DNA of 64,000 nucleotides, taken from an uncultured Rhodocyclaceae bacterium. Its GTDB lineage: Bacteria > Pseudomonadota > Gammaproteobacteria > Burkholderiales > Rhodocyclaceae. Location: contig CAZQTB010000002.1 of the NCBI GenBank assembly GCA_964596295.1, positions 4,355-68,354 on the forward strand, given 5' to 3'. The position numbers and the translations under genes were made by a program. Of the stretch, positions 39,991 through 49,440 are shown piece after piece. The stretch's first letter is position 1; the number at the start of each line of letters is the position of its first letter. The notes under the pieces were generated by a model. That model made no database searches, was not told the origin of the DNA, and saw only the letters and a program-made list of their open reading frames with translations.

Positions 39991-40498
39991 ACTGCCGGTA
40001 ACAGAGGCCGATCGCCGCATCGCGCGCTACGCGGCGGCGGCGATCGCGCTGACCGTAGCCGAAGCGGCCCTGCCCAGCCCGCTGCCCGGCATCAAGCCGG
40101 GGCTGGCCAATATCATCGTGCTGGTGGTGCTCCTGCGGCATGGCTGGCGCGATGCCGCCTGGGTCAGCCTGTTGCGCGTCGTGGCAGGCAGCCTGGTGAT
40201 TGGCCAGCTTTTCGCGCCGGGGTTTTTCCTTGCGCTGGCGGGCGCGGTCAGCAGCCTGGCGCTGCTGTCTGTCGCCATGCATTTGCCGCAGCGCTGGTTT
40301 GGCGCTGTCACGCTCAGCATACTCGCCGCGTTTGCCCATATCGGCGGCCAGCTTTTGCTGGCGCGGCTATGGCTGGTGCCGCACGACGGCGTGTTTTATC
40401 TGGTGCCGCTGTTTGCCACGGCGGCCCTGGCTTTCGGCGCGATCAACGGGCTGGTTGCCGCCCGCCTGCTGGCCGCTGCGCCGCCTCGCGCGCGCTGA
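39971..40498 (+). CDS. Gx transporter / heptaprenyl-diphosphate synthase component I family (EetB-like)
   Basis: PLPGIKPGLAN, LRV..G, AHIGGQL; mostly TM. Confidence 0.82.
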   Translation: MTPSTIELPVTEADRRIARYAAAAIALTVAEAALPSPLPGIKPGLANIIVLVVLLRHGWRDAAWVSLLRVVAGSLVIGQLFAPGFFLALAGAVSSLALLSVAMHLPQRWFGAVTLSILAAFAHIGGQLLLARLWLVPHDGVFYLVPLFATAALAFGAINGLVAARLLAAAPPRAR

Positions 40499-41579
40499 CC
40501 TCTTCGATAATGCGCCTGACCGGCGCCGGCAGCGCGGCGGCATGCAGCGCATCGAAGGCGAGCCAGCGCAAACCCGGTTCCATGGCGCCGGGGCGGATCT
40601 TCACGCGGCAGAGCAGTGGCGTGATATGCAGGCGAAAATGGCTGAAGGCATGCACAAAAGTCTTGAGTTCGTCGCTGGACGGCGCTGGTTTGAATCCGTG
40701 TCTGGACGAGACGGCGATCAGGGTGGCGCCGAAGGCTTTTGCGACATGCGCGGCGGCATCCCCGCCCGCCGGCAATTCCGGCAGCGAGAGCAGACCGCCC
40801 CAGATGCCGACGGGCGGGCGGGTTTCCAGCAGCACGCGATCGCCATGCAATACAACCAGCAGCGTGGCATGGCGTTCGGGAATCGTCCGCCGCGGTTTGC
40901 GTTGCGGCAACTCCGCCGTGCGGCCGCTGGCGCGCGCCACGCAGAGGCCGGCCAGCGGGCAGGCGGCGCACTGCGGCCGGCTGCGCGTGCACAGGGTGGC
41001 GCCGAGATCCATCTGCGCCTGGATGTAGGTGGCCACGTTGCGTCGCGGCAACAGTTCCGCGGCGTGTTGCCAGAGCCGACTTTCCAGCGCCGCCGTACCC
41101 GGCGCGCCTTCGATGCCGAACGCGCGGCAGAGTATGCGTTTGACATTGCCATCCAGAATCGGCGCGCGCGCGCCGAAGCAGGCGACCGCGATGGCGTTTG
41201 CGGTGGAACGGCCGATGCCGGGCAAGCGCGCAATGGCTTCCGGCGTCTGCGGAAACAGGCCGCCATGCAGCGTCATCACGGTCCGTGCCGCAGCATGCAG
41301 ATTGCGCGCGCGCGCGTAGTATCCCAGACCGCTCCATAGCGACATGATCTCCTCGACCGGCGCGGCGGCCAGCCGGGCAAGCGTGGGGAAGCGGGCAAGG
41401 AAGCGCCGATAGTAGGGAATAACCGTCGCCACCTGCGTCTGCTGCAACATGATTTCCGCAAGCCAGACGCGGTAGGGGTCGCGCGTGTTCTGCCAGGGCA
41501 GGTCATGCCGGCCGTGATGCGCGTGCCAGCGGATGAGCAGGGCGGAAAAGTCTTTTGCCACGGAAAATTTGTTGCGCAA
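40443..41579 (-). CDS. mutY: A/G-specific adenine glycosylase
   Basis: EIMLQQTQV, WSGLGYYARARN, LPGIG.STA, DGNV, C-x6-C-x2-C-x5-C Fe-S motif. Confidence 0.96.
   Translation of the reverse strand: MRNKFSVAKDFSALLIRWHAHHGRHDLPWQNTRDPYRVWLAEIMLQQTQVATVIPYYRRFLARFPTLARLAAAPVEEIMSLWSGLGYYARARNLHAAARTVMTLHGGLFPQTPEAIARLPGIGRSTANAIAVACFGARAPILDGNVKRILCRAFGIEGAPGTAALESRLWQHAAELLPRRNVATYIQAQMDLGATLCTRSRPQCAACPLAGLCVARASGRTAELPQRKPRRTIPERHATLLVVLHGDRVLLETRPPVGIWGGLLSLPELPAGGDAAAHVAKAFGATLIAVSSRHGFKPAPSSDELKTFVHAFSHFRLHITPLLCRVKIRPGAMEPGLRWLAFDALHAAALPAPVRRIIEEVSAREAAQRPAGGRQPAR
40662..40707 (+). repeat. Dispersed repeat, tandem pair with 27-bp period inside mutY
   Basis: CTTGAGTTCGTCGCTGGAC-GGCGCTGG-TTTGAATCCGTGTCTGGAC; encodes SRHGFKPAPSSDELK. 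Confidence 0.88.
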
Positions 41580-41591
41580 TGCCGGCTGCGC

Positions 41592-42818
41592 TTAATCGCT
41601 TCTGACCGGTTTCACCAGGCTGGCCGCGAGCTTTGCCCTGGCGCGCGCTTCGTCGGTCGACTCCGCATTCGCCAGCGCCACGCCCATGCGGCGTTTGACA
41701 AAGCTCTCCGGCTTGCCGAACAGCCGCAGGTCGGATTCCGGCACGCGCAGGGCTTCCGCCACGCCCTCGAAGGCAATGCCTTTTGCATCGATGCCGCCAT
41801 AGATGACGGCCGAAGCTCCTGCGCGCCGCAAGCCGGTATCGACAGGCAAGCCAAGGATGGCGCGGGCGTGCAGCTCGAATTCCGACAGGCGTTGCGTGAC
41901 GAGCGTCACCAGTCCGGTGTCATGCGGGCGCGGGCTGACTTCGGAAAACCACACGTCATCGCCCTTGATGAACAGTTCGACGCCAAAGATGCCGCGTCCG
42001 CCGAGGTTGCCGGTAATGGCGCGGGCAATCTCGCGCGACTTGTGCAGGGCCACGGCCGACATCGCCATCGGCTGCCATGATTCAACGTAGTCGCCATTCA
42101 CCTGCACGTGGCCTATGGGTTCGCAAAAAAAGGTTTCCACTGCGCCCGATGCACCAACGGCGCGCACGGTCAATTGGGTGATCTCGTAATCAAAATCGAT
42201 GAAGCCCTCGACGATCACCCGTCCCGCCCCGACGCGGCCGCCCGCTTGCGCGTAATCCCAGGCATTGGCGACGTCCGCCGGCGTCCTGATGAGCGACTGG
42301 CCCTTGCCGGAGGACGACATGACCGGCTTGACCACGCAGGGGTAGCCGATGCCGCCGGCGATGGCGGCCTGCAGCTCGGCCAGCGAGTCGGCAAACCGGT
42401 ACGGCGAGGTGGGCAAGCCGAGTTCTTCCGCCGCCAGCCGGCGGATGCCTTCGCGGTTCATGGTGAGTTGCGCAGCGCGTGCAGCGGGAATGATTTCCGG
42501 AAAATATCCGGCAATGCCTTCCTGCTCGATCTCGACCAGTGTCGCCGTGGCGATGGCTTCGATCTCGGGCACCACCAGATGCGGCTTTTCCTGCGCGATC
42601 ACCGCACGCAAGGCCGCGCCGTCGGTCATGTTGATCACGTGGCTGCGGTGCGCCACCTGCATGCCGGGGGCATCGGCATAGCGATCCACGCCGATCACTT
42701 CGCAACCCAGCCGCTGCAATGCGATAATGACTTCCTTGCCCAACTCGCCGCAGCCCAGCAGCATGACGCGCGTGGCGCAGGGCGACAACGGCGTGCCGAT
42801 CCGAATATTTTTTTCCAT
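41592..42818 (-). CDS. purT: Formate-dependent phosphoribosylglycinamide formyltransferase
   Basis: [40 protein letters not shown]. Confidence 0.96.
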   Translation of the reverse strand: MEKNIRIGTPLSPCATRVMLLGCGELGKEVIIALQRLGCEVIGVDRYADAPGMQVAHRSHVINMTDGAALRAVIAQEKPHLVVPEIEAIATATLVEIEQEGIAGYFPEIIPAARAAQLTMNREGIRRLAAEELGLPTSPYRFADSLAELQAAIAGGIGYPCVVKPVMSSSGKGQSLIRTPADVANAWDYAQAGGRVGAGRVIVEGFIDFDYEITQLTVRAVGASGAVETFFCEPIGHVQVNGDYVESWQPMAMSAVALHKSREIARAITGNLGGRGIFGVELFIKGDDVWFSEVSPRPHDTGLVTLVTQRLSEFELHARAILGLPVDTGLRRAGASAVIYGGIDAKGIAFEGVAEALRVPESDLRLFGKPESFVKRRMGVALANAESTDEARARAKLAASLVKPVRSD

Positions 42819-42918
42819 TACCAGTCCTTATTTTCAAGCTGCGGCAGATGGCTGATTTTAGCCGACCCCTCGCGCATGGCGCGGGATATCACGACACTAT
42901 TCCAACACGTGCAAACCC

Positions 42919-43809
42919 ATGTCCGAACCGACCGTCTCCCCTGCGTTTTTGCGTAGCGGCTGGATAACCCTTCTAGCCACCCTGTGCATCTGGACAGGCT
43001 TCATTCTTGTTTCGCGGGTCGGCGGCAAAGGGGTGCTGACCGGCTGGGATGTCGCCGCGCTGCGCCTGGGCACGGGCGGCTTTATCGCGCTGTTCTGTTT
43101 GTCGCGCGTTACGCTGCCGCCGCTTAAAACCATACTGCTGTTTTCGCTTTTCGGCGGCGTCGGCTATGCCTGCTTTGTGTATTCCGGTTTTCGCCTTGCT
43201 CCGGCGGCGCATGCGGCGGTGCTGTTGCCCGGCGCTCTGCCTTTTTCCACGGCGATCATCGCCTGGCTATGGCTGAAACAGGCGCCCACCCGTGCGCAGC
43301 GCATCGCACTGATCGGCGTCTTTGCCGGCATCGTACTCATCGCCGCCGATACGCTCTCGCACAGCGCGCAAATCACCGGCCTGCAGATGGCGGGGGACCT
43401 GCTCTTCCTGTGCGGCGCGTCTTCATGGGCCGTATTCACCCTGCTGCTGCGCCGCCACCCCATGCCGCCATTGACGGCCACCGTAGCCACCCTGCTCGGC
43501 GCCGCCCTGATCTATCTGCCCGTCTGGTGGTTTTTCCTGCCCAGCACGATGGGCAGTGCGCCGCGCAGCGAAATAGCGCTGCAGGCCTTGTATCAGGGCG
43601 TGCTGGTGGTCTTTGTCTCCCTGCTGCTGTATGCGCAGGCGGTGCGCCAGCTCGGGCCGCAAAAGGTGGCGCTCACGATGGCCCTTGTCCCCGGCATTGC
43701 CGCGCTTGCCGCCGTACCCGTGCTGGGCGAGCCGCTCTCGCTCCTGGCGCTGGCGGGCCTCGCCGCCGTCACGGCGGCGGCGGTGCTGGGCGTGCGGTCC
43801 GGGCGATGA
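42919..43809 (+). CDS. DMT/EamA family transporter
   Basis: About ten TM helices in two halves, LGE near C-terminus. Confidence 0.85.
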   Translation: MSEPTVSPAFLRSGWITLLATLCIWTGFILVSRVGGKGVLTGWDVAALRLGTGGFIALFCLSRVTLPPLKTILLFSLFGGVGYACFVYSGFRLAPAAHAAVLLPGALPFSTAIIAWLWLKQAPTRAQRIALIGVFAGIVLIAADTLSHSAQITGLQMAGDLLFLCGASSWAVFTLLLRRHPMPPLTATVATLLGAALIYLPVWWFFLPSTMGSAPRSEIALQALYQGVLVVFVSLLLYAQAVRQLGPQKVALTMALVPGIAALAAVPVLGEPLSLLALAGLAAVTAAAVLGVRSGR

Positions 43810-43932
43810 ATGCGTGTAGTCGGCGTGCTCGCATGCCACCATCGCGGAATAAGCATAGAGCAGAAGAATATAAGCCGGTTCCTGCCGGGTTCGTAAAATA
43901 CCGACTTGTTGAAAGTTGAAAAGGACGTTTAC

Positions 43933-44709
43933 ATGGCATCCGTTGCAACCGAGCAGGTCATCAGCGTGCATCACTGGAACGACACCCTGTTCAGTTTTCG
44001 CACCACGCGTGATCGCGGCCTGCGCTTCGAGAACGGGCATTTCATCATGATCGGGCTGGAAGTCGACGGCCGCCCGCTGCTGCGCGCCTACAGCATCGCC
44101 AGCCCGAACCATGAGGAGTATCTCGAGTTTTTCAGCATCAAGGTGTCCAACGGCCCGCTGACCTCGCGCCTGCAAAAAATCCAGGTGGGCGCGCCTGTCC
44201 TGGTGGGCAGCAAACCCACGGGTACGCTGGTGCTGCGCGACCTGAAGCCGGGGAAAAATCTTTACCTGTTCTCCACCGGCACCGGGCTGGCGCCGTTTCT
44301 GAGCATCGTGCAGGATCCGGAAACCTATGCGCGTTTTGAAAAAGTGGTGCTGGTTCACGGCGTGCGTTTTACCAGCGAGCTGGCCTACGCCAAATTGTTC
44401 GCCGAGGATCTGCCGCAGCATGAATATCTGGGCGATATGGTGCGTGAGAAGCTGATTTACTATCCGACCGTCACGCGCGAGCCTTTCCGCAACCAGGGGC
44501 GCATCACCGCGCTGATCGAATCCGGCAGGCTGTCTGCGGATACCGGCCTGCCTCCGCTTGATCCGGCAACCGATCGCGCCATGATCTGCGGCAGTTCGCA
44601 CATGCTGGCCGACTGTTCGGCCCTGCTGGATGTGCGCGGATTTTCGATTTCGCCGCACACCGGCGTGGCCGGCGATTACGTCATCGAGCGGGCGTTCGTC
44701 GAGCGCTGA
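43933..44709 (+). CDS. fpr: Ferredoxin--NADP reductase (subclass I)
   Basis: RAYSIAS, GPLTSRLQ, TGTGLAPF, MICGS, ERAFVER. Confidence 0.95.
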   Translation: MASVATEQVISVHHWNDTLFSFRTTRDRGLRFENGHFIMIGLEVDGRPLLRAYSIASPNHEEYLEFFSIKVSNGPLTSRLQKIQVGAPVLVGSKPTGTLVLRDLKPGKNLYLFSTGTGLAPFLSIVQDPETYARFEKVVLVHGVRFTSELAYAKLFAEDLPQHEYLGDMVREKLIYYPTVTREPFRNQGRITALIESGRLSADTGLPPLDPATDRAMICGSSHMLADCSALLDVRGFSISPHTGVAGDYVIERAFVER

Positions 44710-44726
44710 CTTTTCGGGGTGCGCTT

Positions 44727-46067
44727 TTAGTGATCCTTCAACCCGGCGGGTTTTTCATGGCGACGGATAAACAGGGTGGCTGTCGCAGTGAGCAAGCAAA
44801 TTGCGCCGAAGACCATGAAATAAACATCCAGTCCCAGAGCCATGGCGATCAAGGCGCCGGCCAGCACAGGCCCGATGATGGAGCCGGAGCGGCCGATGCC
44901 GAAAGCCCAGCCCATGCCGGTTGAGCGAATCGCCGTGGGATAAATGTAGCTCGCCAGGGCATTCAGGCTGATTTGTCCGCCGACGATAAAAAAGCCGGCA
45001 AAAAACGCCATGACCTGCAGCATGGCGAGGGATGCGGAGAGTTTTCCCAGCAGCATCATGCTCAGCGCGCCGAGCAGGAAATAGCCAACGATCACCGGCC
45101 GCGATCCCCATCGATGCATCATCCAGGCAGACGCAAACGGGCTGATGGCCCCGCCAATATTCAGCAGGATCACGGTGGTCGAGGCTTGCCCCAGGGCATA
45201 GCCTGAGCCCACCAGCAAGGTGGGAATCCAGCTATAGAGAAAATAAGCCACCATCAGATTCAAGAAGAAGGCCGCCCACAGCAACAGGGTGTCCCTGGCA
45301 TACCCCGGCATAAAGAGCGCCTTGATCGGCGAATGTTGCTGCGCTTCTTCAGCGGGATGAATAAACACGGCGTTTGGCGGAATGGTCTGGTTGCGGGCGA
45401 TTTTCCGGGCAATGCGGCGCAACAGGGCATCATTATCCTTGTTCTGCGCGGTCAGAAAGCGCGGTGATTCAGGCAGCCAGAAAAACAGCACGGGCACTAA
45501 CAGCAGGGGCATCCAGCCACCCCAGAAAAAGATCGACGGCCAGCCGTAGGCCGGGATGATGTGAGCCGCCAGCAAACCGCCGGTAATGGCGCCGATCGGC
45601 ATACCCAGAAAAATCACCGCCACGGCGATGTTGCGCATCCTGCCGGCGACGTATTCGGTCATCAATGCCGTGGCGTTGGGCATGGCGCCGCCCAAGCCAA
45701 GGCCGGTCAAAAACCGCAGCAGGATCAGTTCGCGGTAGCTGGTGATGTAGCCGGTTAATACGCTGAACACGCCGAATATCACCACGCTCGCAATAACCGC
45801 CTGCCGCCGGCCGTATTTGTCGCCTAGCGGGCCCAGCACCAGGGCGCCGATCATCATGCCAATCAATCCGGCCGCAAAAACCAGGCCCAACTGCCCTTTG
45901 GCGATGTTGAGCTCGGCGCTCAAGGCGGGGGCGGCATAGGCAATCGCCAGCACGTCAAAGCCGTCAAATATGATGACCAGGGCGCATAACAGCATGACCA
46001 GTTTTTGAAATCCGCCCAACGGGTTGGATTCAATGATGTCATTGATGAACAGCTTCGGTTCCTGCAC
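44727..46067 (-). CDS. MFS aromatic acid:H+ symporter (PcaK/BenK-like)
   Basis: DGFD in TM1, GPLGDKYGRR, RFLTGLGLGG.MP, LPESPRFL, YPT.IRSTG.GWA...GR; GTG start with GGAGG RBS. Confidence 0.88.
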   Translation of the reverse strand: MQEPKLFINDIIESNPLGGFQKLVMLLCALVIIFDGFDVLAIAYAAPALSAELNIAKGQLGLVFAAGLIGMMIGALVLGPLGDKYGRRQAVIASVVIFGVFSVLTGYITSYRELILLRFLTGLGLGGAMPNATALMTEYVAGRMRNIAVAVIFLGMPIGAITGGLLAAHIIPAYGWPSIFFWGGWMPLLLVPVLFFWLPESPRFLTAQNKDNDALLRRIARKIARNQTIPPNAVFIHPAEEAQQHSPIKALFMPGYARDTLLLWAAFFLNLMVAYFLYSWIPTLLVGSGYALGQASTTVILLNIGGAISPFASAWMMHRWGSRPVIVGYFLLGALSMMLLGKLSASLAMLQVMAFFAGFFIVGGQISLNALASYIYPTAIRSTGMGWAFGIGRSGSIIGPVLAGALIAMALGLDVYFMVFGAICLLTATATLFIRRHEKPAGLKDH

Positions 46068-46083
46068 GGTCTTCCTCCTGAAG

Positions 46084-46101
46084 TCCCCGGCATGCCGGGG
46101 A
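46084..46101. promoter_or_regulatory. Perfect 18-bp palindrome upstream of the MFS gene (operator or terminator)
   Basis: TCCCCGGCATGCCGGGGA, followed by TGTTTTTT on the + strand. Confidence 0.5.
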
Positions 46102-46163
46102 TGTTTTTTGCTCAATGTATCGGCATCCTATCATCGCCTCGGGTGACGGATGACACCGGCACC

Positions 46164-46688
46164 CTAGTCAAAATAACTGCGCGCTTCCTCGAACCGCGCG
46201 GCGAACCAGCCGCTGGCCAGGCTGTCGATTCTTACCTTGCCCCGGCTATTCGGCGCATGGATGAAGCGCCCCTCGCCAATGTAGATGCCGACATGGGAGT
46301 GCGGCCGGTTACCGGTGTTGAAAAACACCAGGTCGCCGGGTTGCATCTGCGCCATGTCCACCGCGCGGCCCAGCCGCGCGAGATCGGCGGCCGAGCCTTG
46401 CAGCCTGAGGCTGACCGCCTGGTCAAAAACGTAGCTGACCATGCCGCTGCAGTCGAGCCCGGCCTCCGGATTTTTGCCGCCAAAACGGTAGCCGGTATTG
46501 ATCAGCCCAAGCGAAAACAGCACCACTTCGCTGGCTTTTTCGCGCGCGGAAAGTGAATTCGCCGTTCCGTCAGAGCCGATTTTTGTTATCGGCGCGCTGC
46601 CGCACGCAACCATCAGCAGCGCCGAAACAAGCAGCAGGGCAAGGCATGTGAGTCGGGGCAGACGCATCGATTCAGCATACTTTGCCAT
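46164..46688 (-). CDS. NlpC/P60 (C40 peptidase) lipoprotein
   Basis: Lipobox MVAC, Y.FGG, DCSG, HVGIY, FIHA; alternative start 46667. Confidence 0.9.
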   Translation of the reverse strand: MAKYAESMRLPRLTCLALLLVSALLMVACGSAPITKIGSDGTANSLSAREKASEVVLFSLGLINTGYRFGGKNPEAGLDCSGMVSYVFDQAVSLRLQGSAADLARLGRAVDMAQMQPGDLVFFNTGNRPHSHVGIYIGEGRFIHAPNSRGKVRIDSLASGWFAARFEEARSYFD

Positions 46689-46776
46689 GGTGTTTTCGAA
46701 TGACGGGAGAAAGCCGTAAAAGTTTGAATACGCTTTCGTGCGCGGGAAATTCCGCGTCAGGCTCCTGCTCCGCATG

Positions 46777-47949
46777 CTACCGGCTGTAGTGTGTCATGCT
46801 GACCAGCAGGCGCACCAGCATATACGCGGTGTTATTGAACAGCCGCAGCAGCCACGAGCGTTGCCCCTGATCGTCGCGATGAATTTCGAGAGCATCCTGG
46901 CGGATTGCCGCGCGAAGGTGTGCGCCAAGCTCTGCGGCAAACTGCGTATCGCGGACAACGACATTGGCTTCGCGCGACAGCAAGAGGCTGAACGGATCGA
47001 TGTTTGACGAGCCAACCGTGGCCCATGCGCCGTCGATTACCGCTACCTTGGCATGCAGGAAGGCAGGCTGGTATTCGAAAATGCGCACGTTGGCAGCCAG
47101 CAGGCGGTCATAGAGGGATTGCGTGGCATGATGCTGGAACGCATATTCCACGCGGCCTTGCAGTAGTAATGTGACATGTACCCCGCGCTGGGCGGCGGCC
47201 AGCAGTGCCTCGCGGAAGCGCCGACCTGGTAGGAAATAAGCATTGGCAAGCATGATTTCCTGTTGGGCATTGGTTATGGCGTCCAGATAAGCGTCCTCAA
47301 TATCACGCCGGTGGCGCAGGTTGTCGCGAATGAGGAAGGCGGCCTGAACAGCGCCTGCCGGCTCCTGCCGGGGTGGCAGAAAATCCGGCTCGCGGACGCG
47401 ATGGCCTAGGCGTGACCAGCTGACCAGATGCCACAGATGACGTACAGCAGCATGAATTCTGGCTACTAGCGGGCCTTCGACGCTCACGGCATAATCGAAA
47501 CGCGGCGCGGTGGCTTGTTCGTTGTCAAAATCGTGAATGACATTGATGCCGCCAACAAAAGCCGTGCGGCCATCAATCACGGCCAGCTTGCGGTGTAAGC
47601 GGCGCAAACGATGACGGCGTATTCGCAGAGAAGGAATTTCCGGACGATAAGTCAGCAGCTTGGCGCCATCGGCCGCCAGCGCCCTTCCCAGGCCAGCGGC
47701 AAATTCGCGTGCGCCAAAACCGTCTATCAGTACGCGTACCGTGACACCGCGCCGTGCTGCCCGGCTTAGCGCCGCAGCGACGCTGCGGCCGGTGGCGTCG
47801 TCGGCAAAAATATAAGTTTCCAGGTGCACTTCATGCGCTGCGCCATCAATCGCTGCGATCAATGCCGGAAAATACGCCACGCCGGCCACCAGTAGTTGCA
47901 GCCTGTTGCCGGATGAAAAGTCTTGAGTCCGTTTCTGGGCGGCGCTCAT
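46777..47949 (-). CDS. clsB: Cardiolipin synthase B
   Basis: Two HKD motifs (HRKLAVID, HAKVAVID), no N-terminal TM; preceded by a YbhP-like gene. Confidence 0.9.
   Translation of the reverse strand: MSAAQKRTQDFSSGNRLQLLVAGVAYFPALIAAIDGAAHEVHLETYIFADDATGRSVAAALSRAARRGVTVRVLIDGFGAREFAAGLGRALAADGAKLLTYRPEIPSLRIRRHRLRRLHRKLAVIDGRTAFVGGINVIHDFDNEQATAPRFDYAVSVEGPLVARIHAAVRHLWHLVSWSRLGHRVREPDFLPPRQEPAGAVQAAFLIRDNLRHRRDIEDAYLDAITNAQQEIMLANAYFLPGRRFREALLAAAQRGVHVTLLLQGRVEYAFQHHATQSLYDRLLAANVRIFEYQPAFLHAKVAVIDGAWATVGSSNIDPFSLLLSREANVVVRDTQFAAELGAHLRAAIRQDALEIHRDDQGQRSWLLRLFNNTAYMLVRLLVSMTHYSR
47922..47940 (+). repeat. Dispersed repeat, variant copy in clsB N-terminus
   Basis: CTTGAGTCCGTTTCTGGGC; shares flank AAAAGTCTTGAGT with the first mutY copy. 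Confidence 0.7.
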
Positions 47950-48716
47950 GGGACGGCGATATTCAGCGTGGCAGAAAGCGCCGCGTGATCTGAAATGGCT
48001 GACCATGGCGGGCCGGCGTGCAGATGCGCGGCCGTGATCGTCAACCCGCGCTGGTAAATGCGGTCGAGCCGGAACAGCGGCAGCGCAGCGGGGTAGCTGC
48101 GCGACGGGCGTGCACCTTCGCGCCGGCCCGCTATGGCGAATATCTCGTCCAGCCCCAGCCGCTGCGCCAGCAGTTTGCCGGCACGATTGCGCCAGTCATT
48201 GAAGTCTCCGGCAATCAGGAGCGGCGCATCCGCCGGCGCCATGACTTCGATGTAAGCGGCAAGCGCATCAAGCTGCCGGCGCCGCGAGCGCGCAAAAAGC
48301 GACAGATGCACGCACACGCAATGCAGCGGCCGGTCAAGCTGCGGCAACTTGATGGCGCAATGCAGCAGGCCGCGCCGTTCGAAACGCAGATGCGTTACGT
48401 CCTGATTGTGCTGATGCAGGATGGGAAAGCGCGAAAGGATTGCATTGCCGTGATGTCCGTGGTCATACACCATGTTCTGGCCATAGGCGCTGCTGTGCCA
48501 CACGTCGGCGGCGAGAAACTCATGCTGTGGCGCAGATGGCCACTGCGCGTGCTGCTCGGCGTGTTTCAGATGCAATCCCTGCACCTCTTGCAGAAACACG
48601 ATATCGGCGCCCAGCGCACGCAGGCGCTCACGCAGCTCATGCACCATCATGCGGCGATTGAACTGGGAAAAGCCTTTGTGGATATTCCAGGTGACAACTG
48701 AAAACGGTTGCGTCAC
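47946..48716 (-). CDS. Endonuclease/exonuclease/phosphatase family protein (YbhP-like)
   Basis: TWNIHKG, LQEV, GNAILS, GDFNDW, LDRIY, SDH. Confidence 0.9.
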   Translation of the reverse strand: MTQPFSVVTWNIHKGFSQFNRRMMVHELRERLRALGADIVFLQEVQGLHLKHAEQHAQWPSAPQHEFLAADVWHSSAYGQNMVYDHGHHGNAILSRFPILHQHNQDVTHLRFERRGLLHCAIKLPQLDRPLHCVCVHLSLFARSRRRQLDALAAYIEVMAPADAPLLIAGDFNDWRNRAGKLLAQRLGLDEIFAIAGRREGARPSRSYPAALPLFRLDRIYQRGLTITAAHLHAGPPWSAISDHAALSATLNIAVP

Positions 48717-48719
48717 GTC

Positions 48720-49430
48720 TCAGAACCGGATGTGAAACGGGTTGAAGTCGGTGTTGCGGTCGTACCAGTCCTCGTTCTCGGCGCGCTTGAGGAAGGCGAC
48801 GGCGCGATAAGTCACCGGCGTCATGACAATTTCCCAGCCGGTCTTCAGCACATACTGGGTGAGGGCGATTGTTGCGACCTGGGCATCGGGCCAGATACCG
48901 TAGAAGGCAATGACGTAGAACAGGCCGGAATCCACCGCCTCGCCGACCAGCGTCGAGCCGATGGTGCGCGTCCACAGCCAGCGGCCCGCACTCCAGATTT
49001 TCATTTTCGCCATCACGTAGCTGTTGGCGAAACTGCCGCACCAGAAGGCGATCATGGAGCCGGCCACAATGCGCCAGGTATTGCCGAAAACCGCCTCGAG
49101 ATGCGCCTGGTAGCTTTGGTTGAATGCATCCGGCACGGGGGGTAATGCCAGCACCACGGCTGCCATGAAACTGGCGAACGCCAGTGCCGCAAAGCCCGCC
49201 CAAACCACGCGCCGGTCACGGCCGTAACCGTAAACCTCGGTGAGGATGTCGCCGAAAATGTAGGAGATCGGGAAGAACAGCACGCCGCCGCTGAAGGACA
49301 CCGGACCTATCAGCGGCAGCGCGAGTTGCGCCGCCTTGGCCGCGCCGATCAGGTTGGCGCAGAGCAGGACGCAGACGAAAGCCGCCATTACGAAATCGTA
49401 ATAGCGGTAGCTGCGCTGTGCATCGTTCAT
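48720..49430 (-). CDS. Queuosine precursor transporter (YhhQ/VUT family)
   Basis: FP..YI.GDILTEVYG, RI..GS..AF, RT..ST.VGE.VDS. Confidence 0.88.
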   Translation of the reverse strand: MNDAQRSYRYYDFVMAAFVCVLLCANLIGAAKAAQLALPLIGPVSFSGGVLFFPISYIFGDILTEVYGYGRDRRVVWAGFAALAFASFMAAVVLALPPVPDAFNQSYQAHLEAVFGNTWRIVAGSMIAFWCGSFANSYVMAKMKIWSAGRWLWTRTIGSTLVGEAVDSGLFYVIAFYGIWPDAQVATIALTQYVLKTGWEIVMTPVTYRAVAFLKRAENEDWYDRNTDFNPFHIRF

Positions 49431-49440
49431 CGGTTCGAAT

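Noticed and set aside
46718..46740. AAAAGTTTGAATACG as a degenerate repeat copy
   Set aside because: The 3' half (TCTGGAC) is absent; too weak to count.
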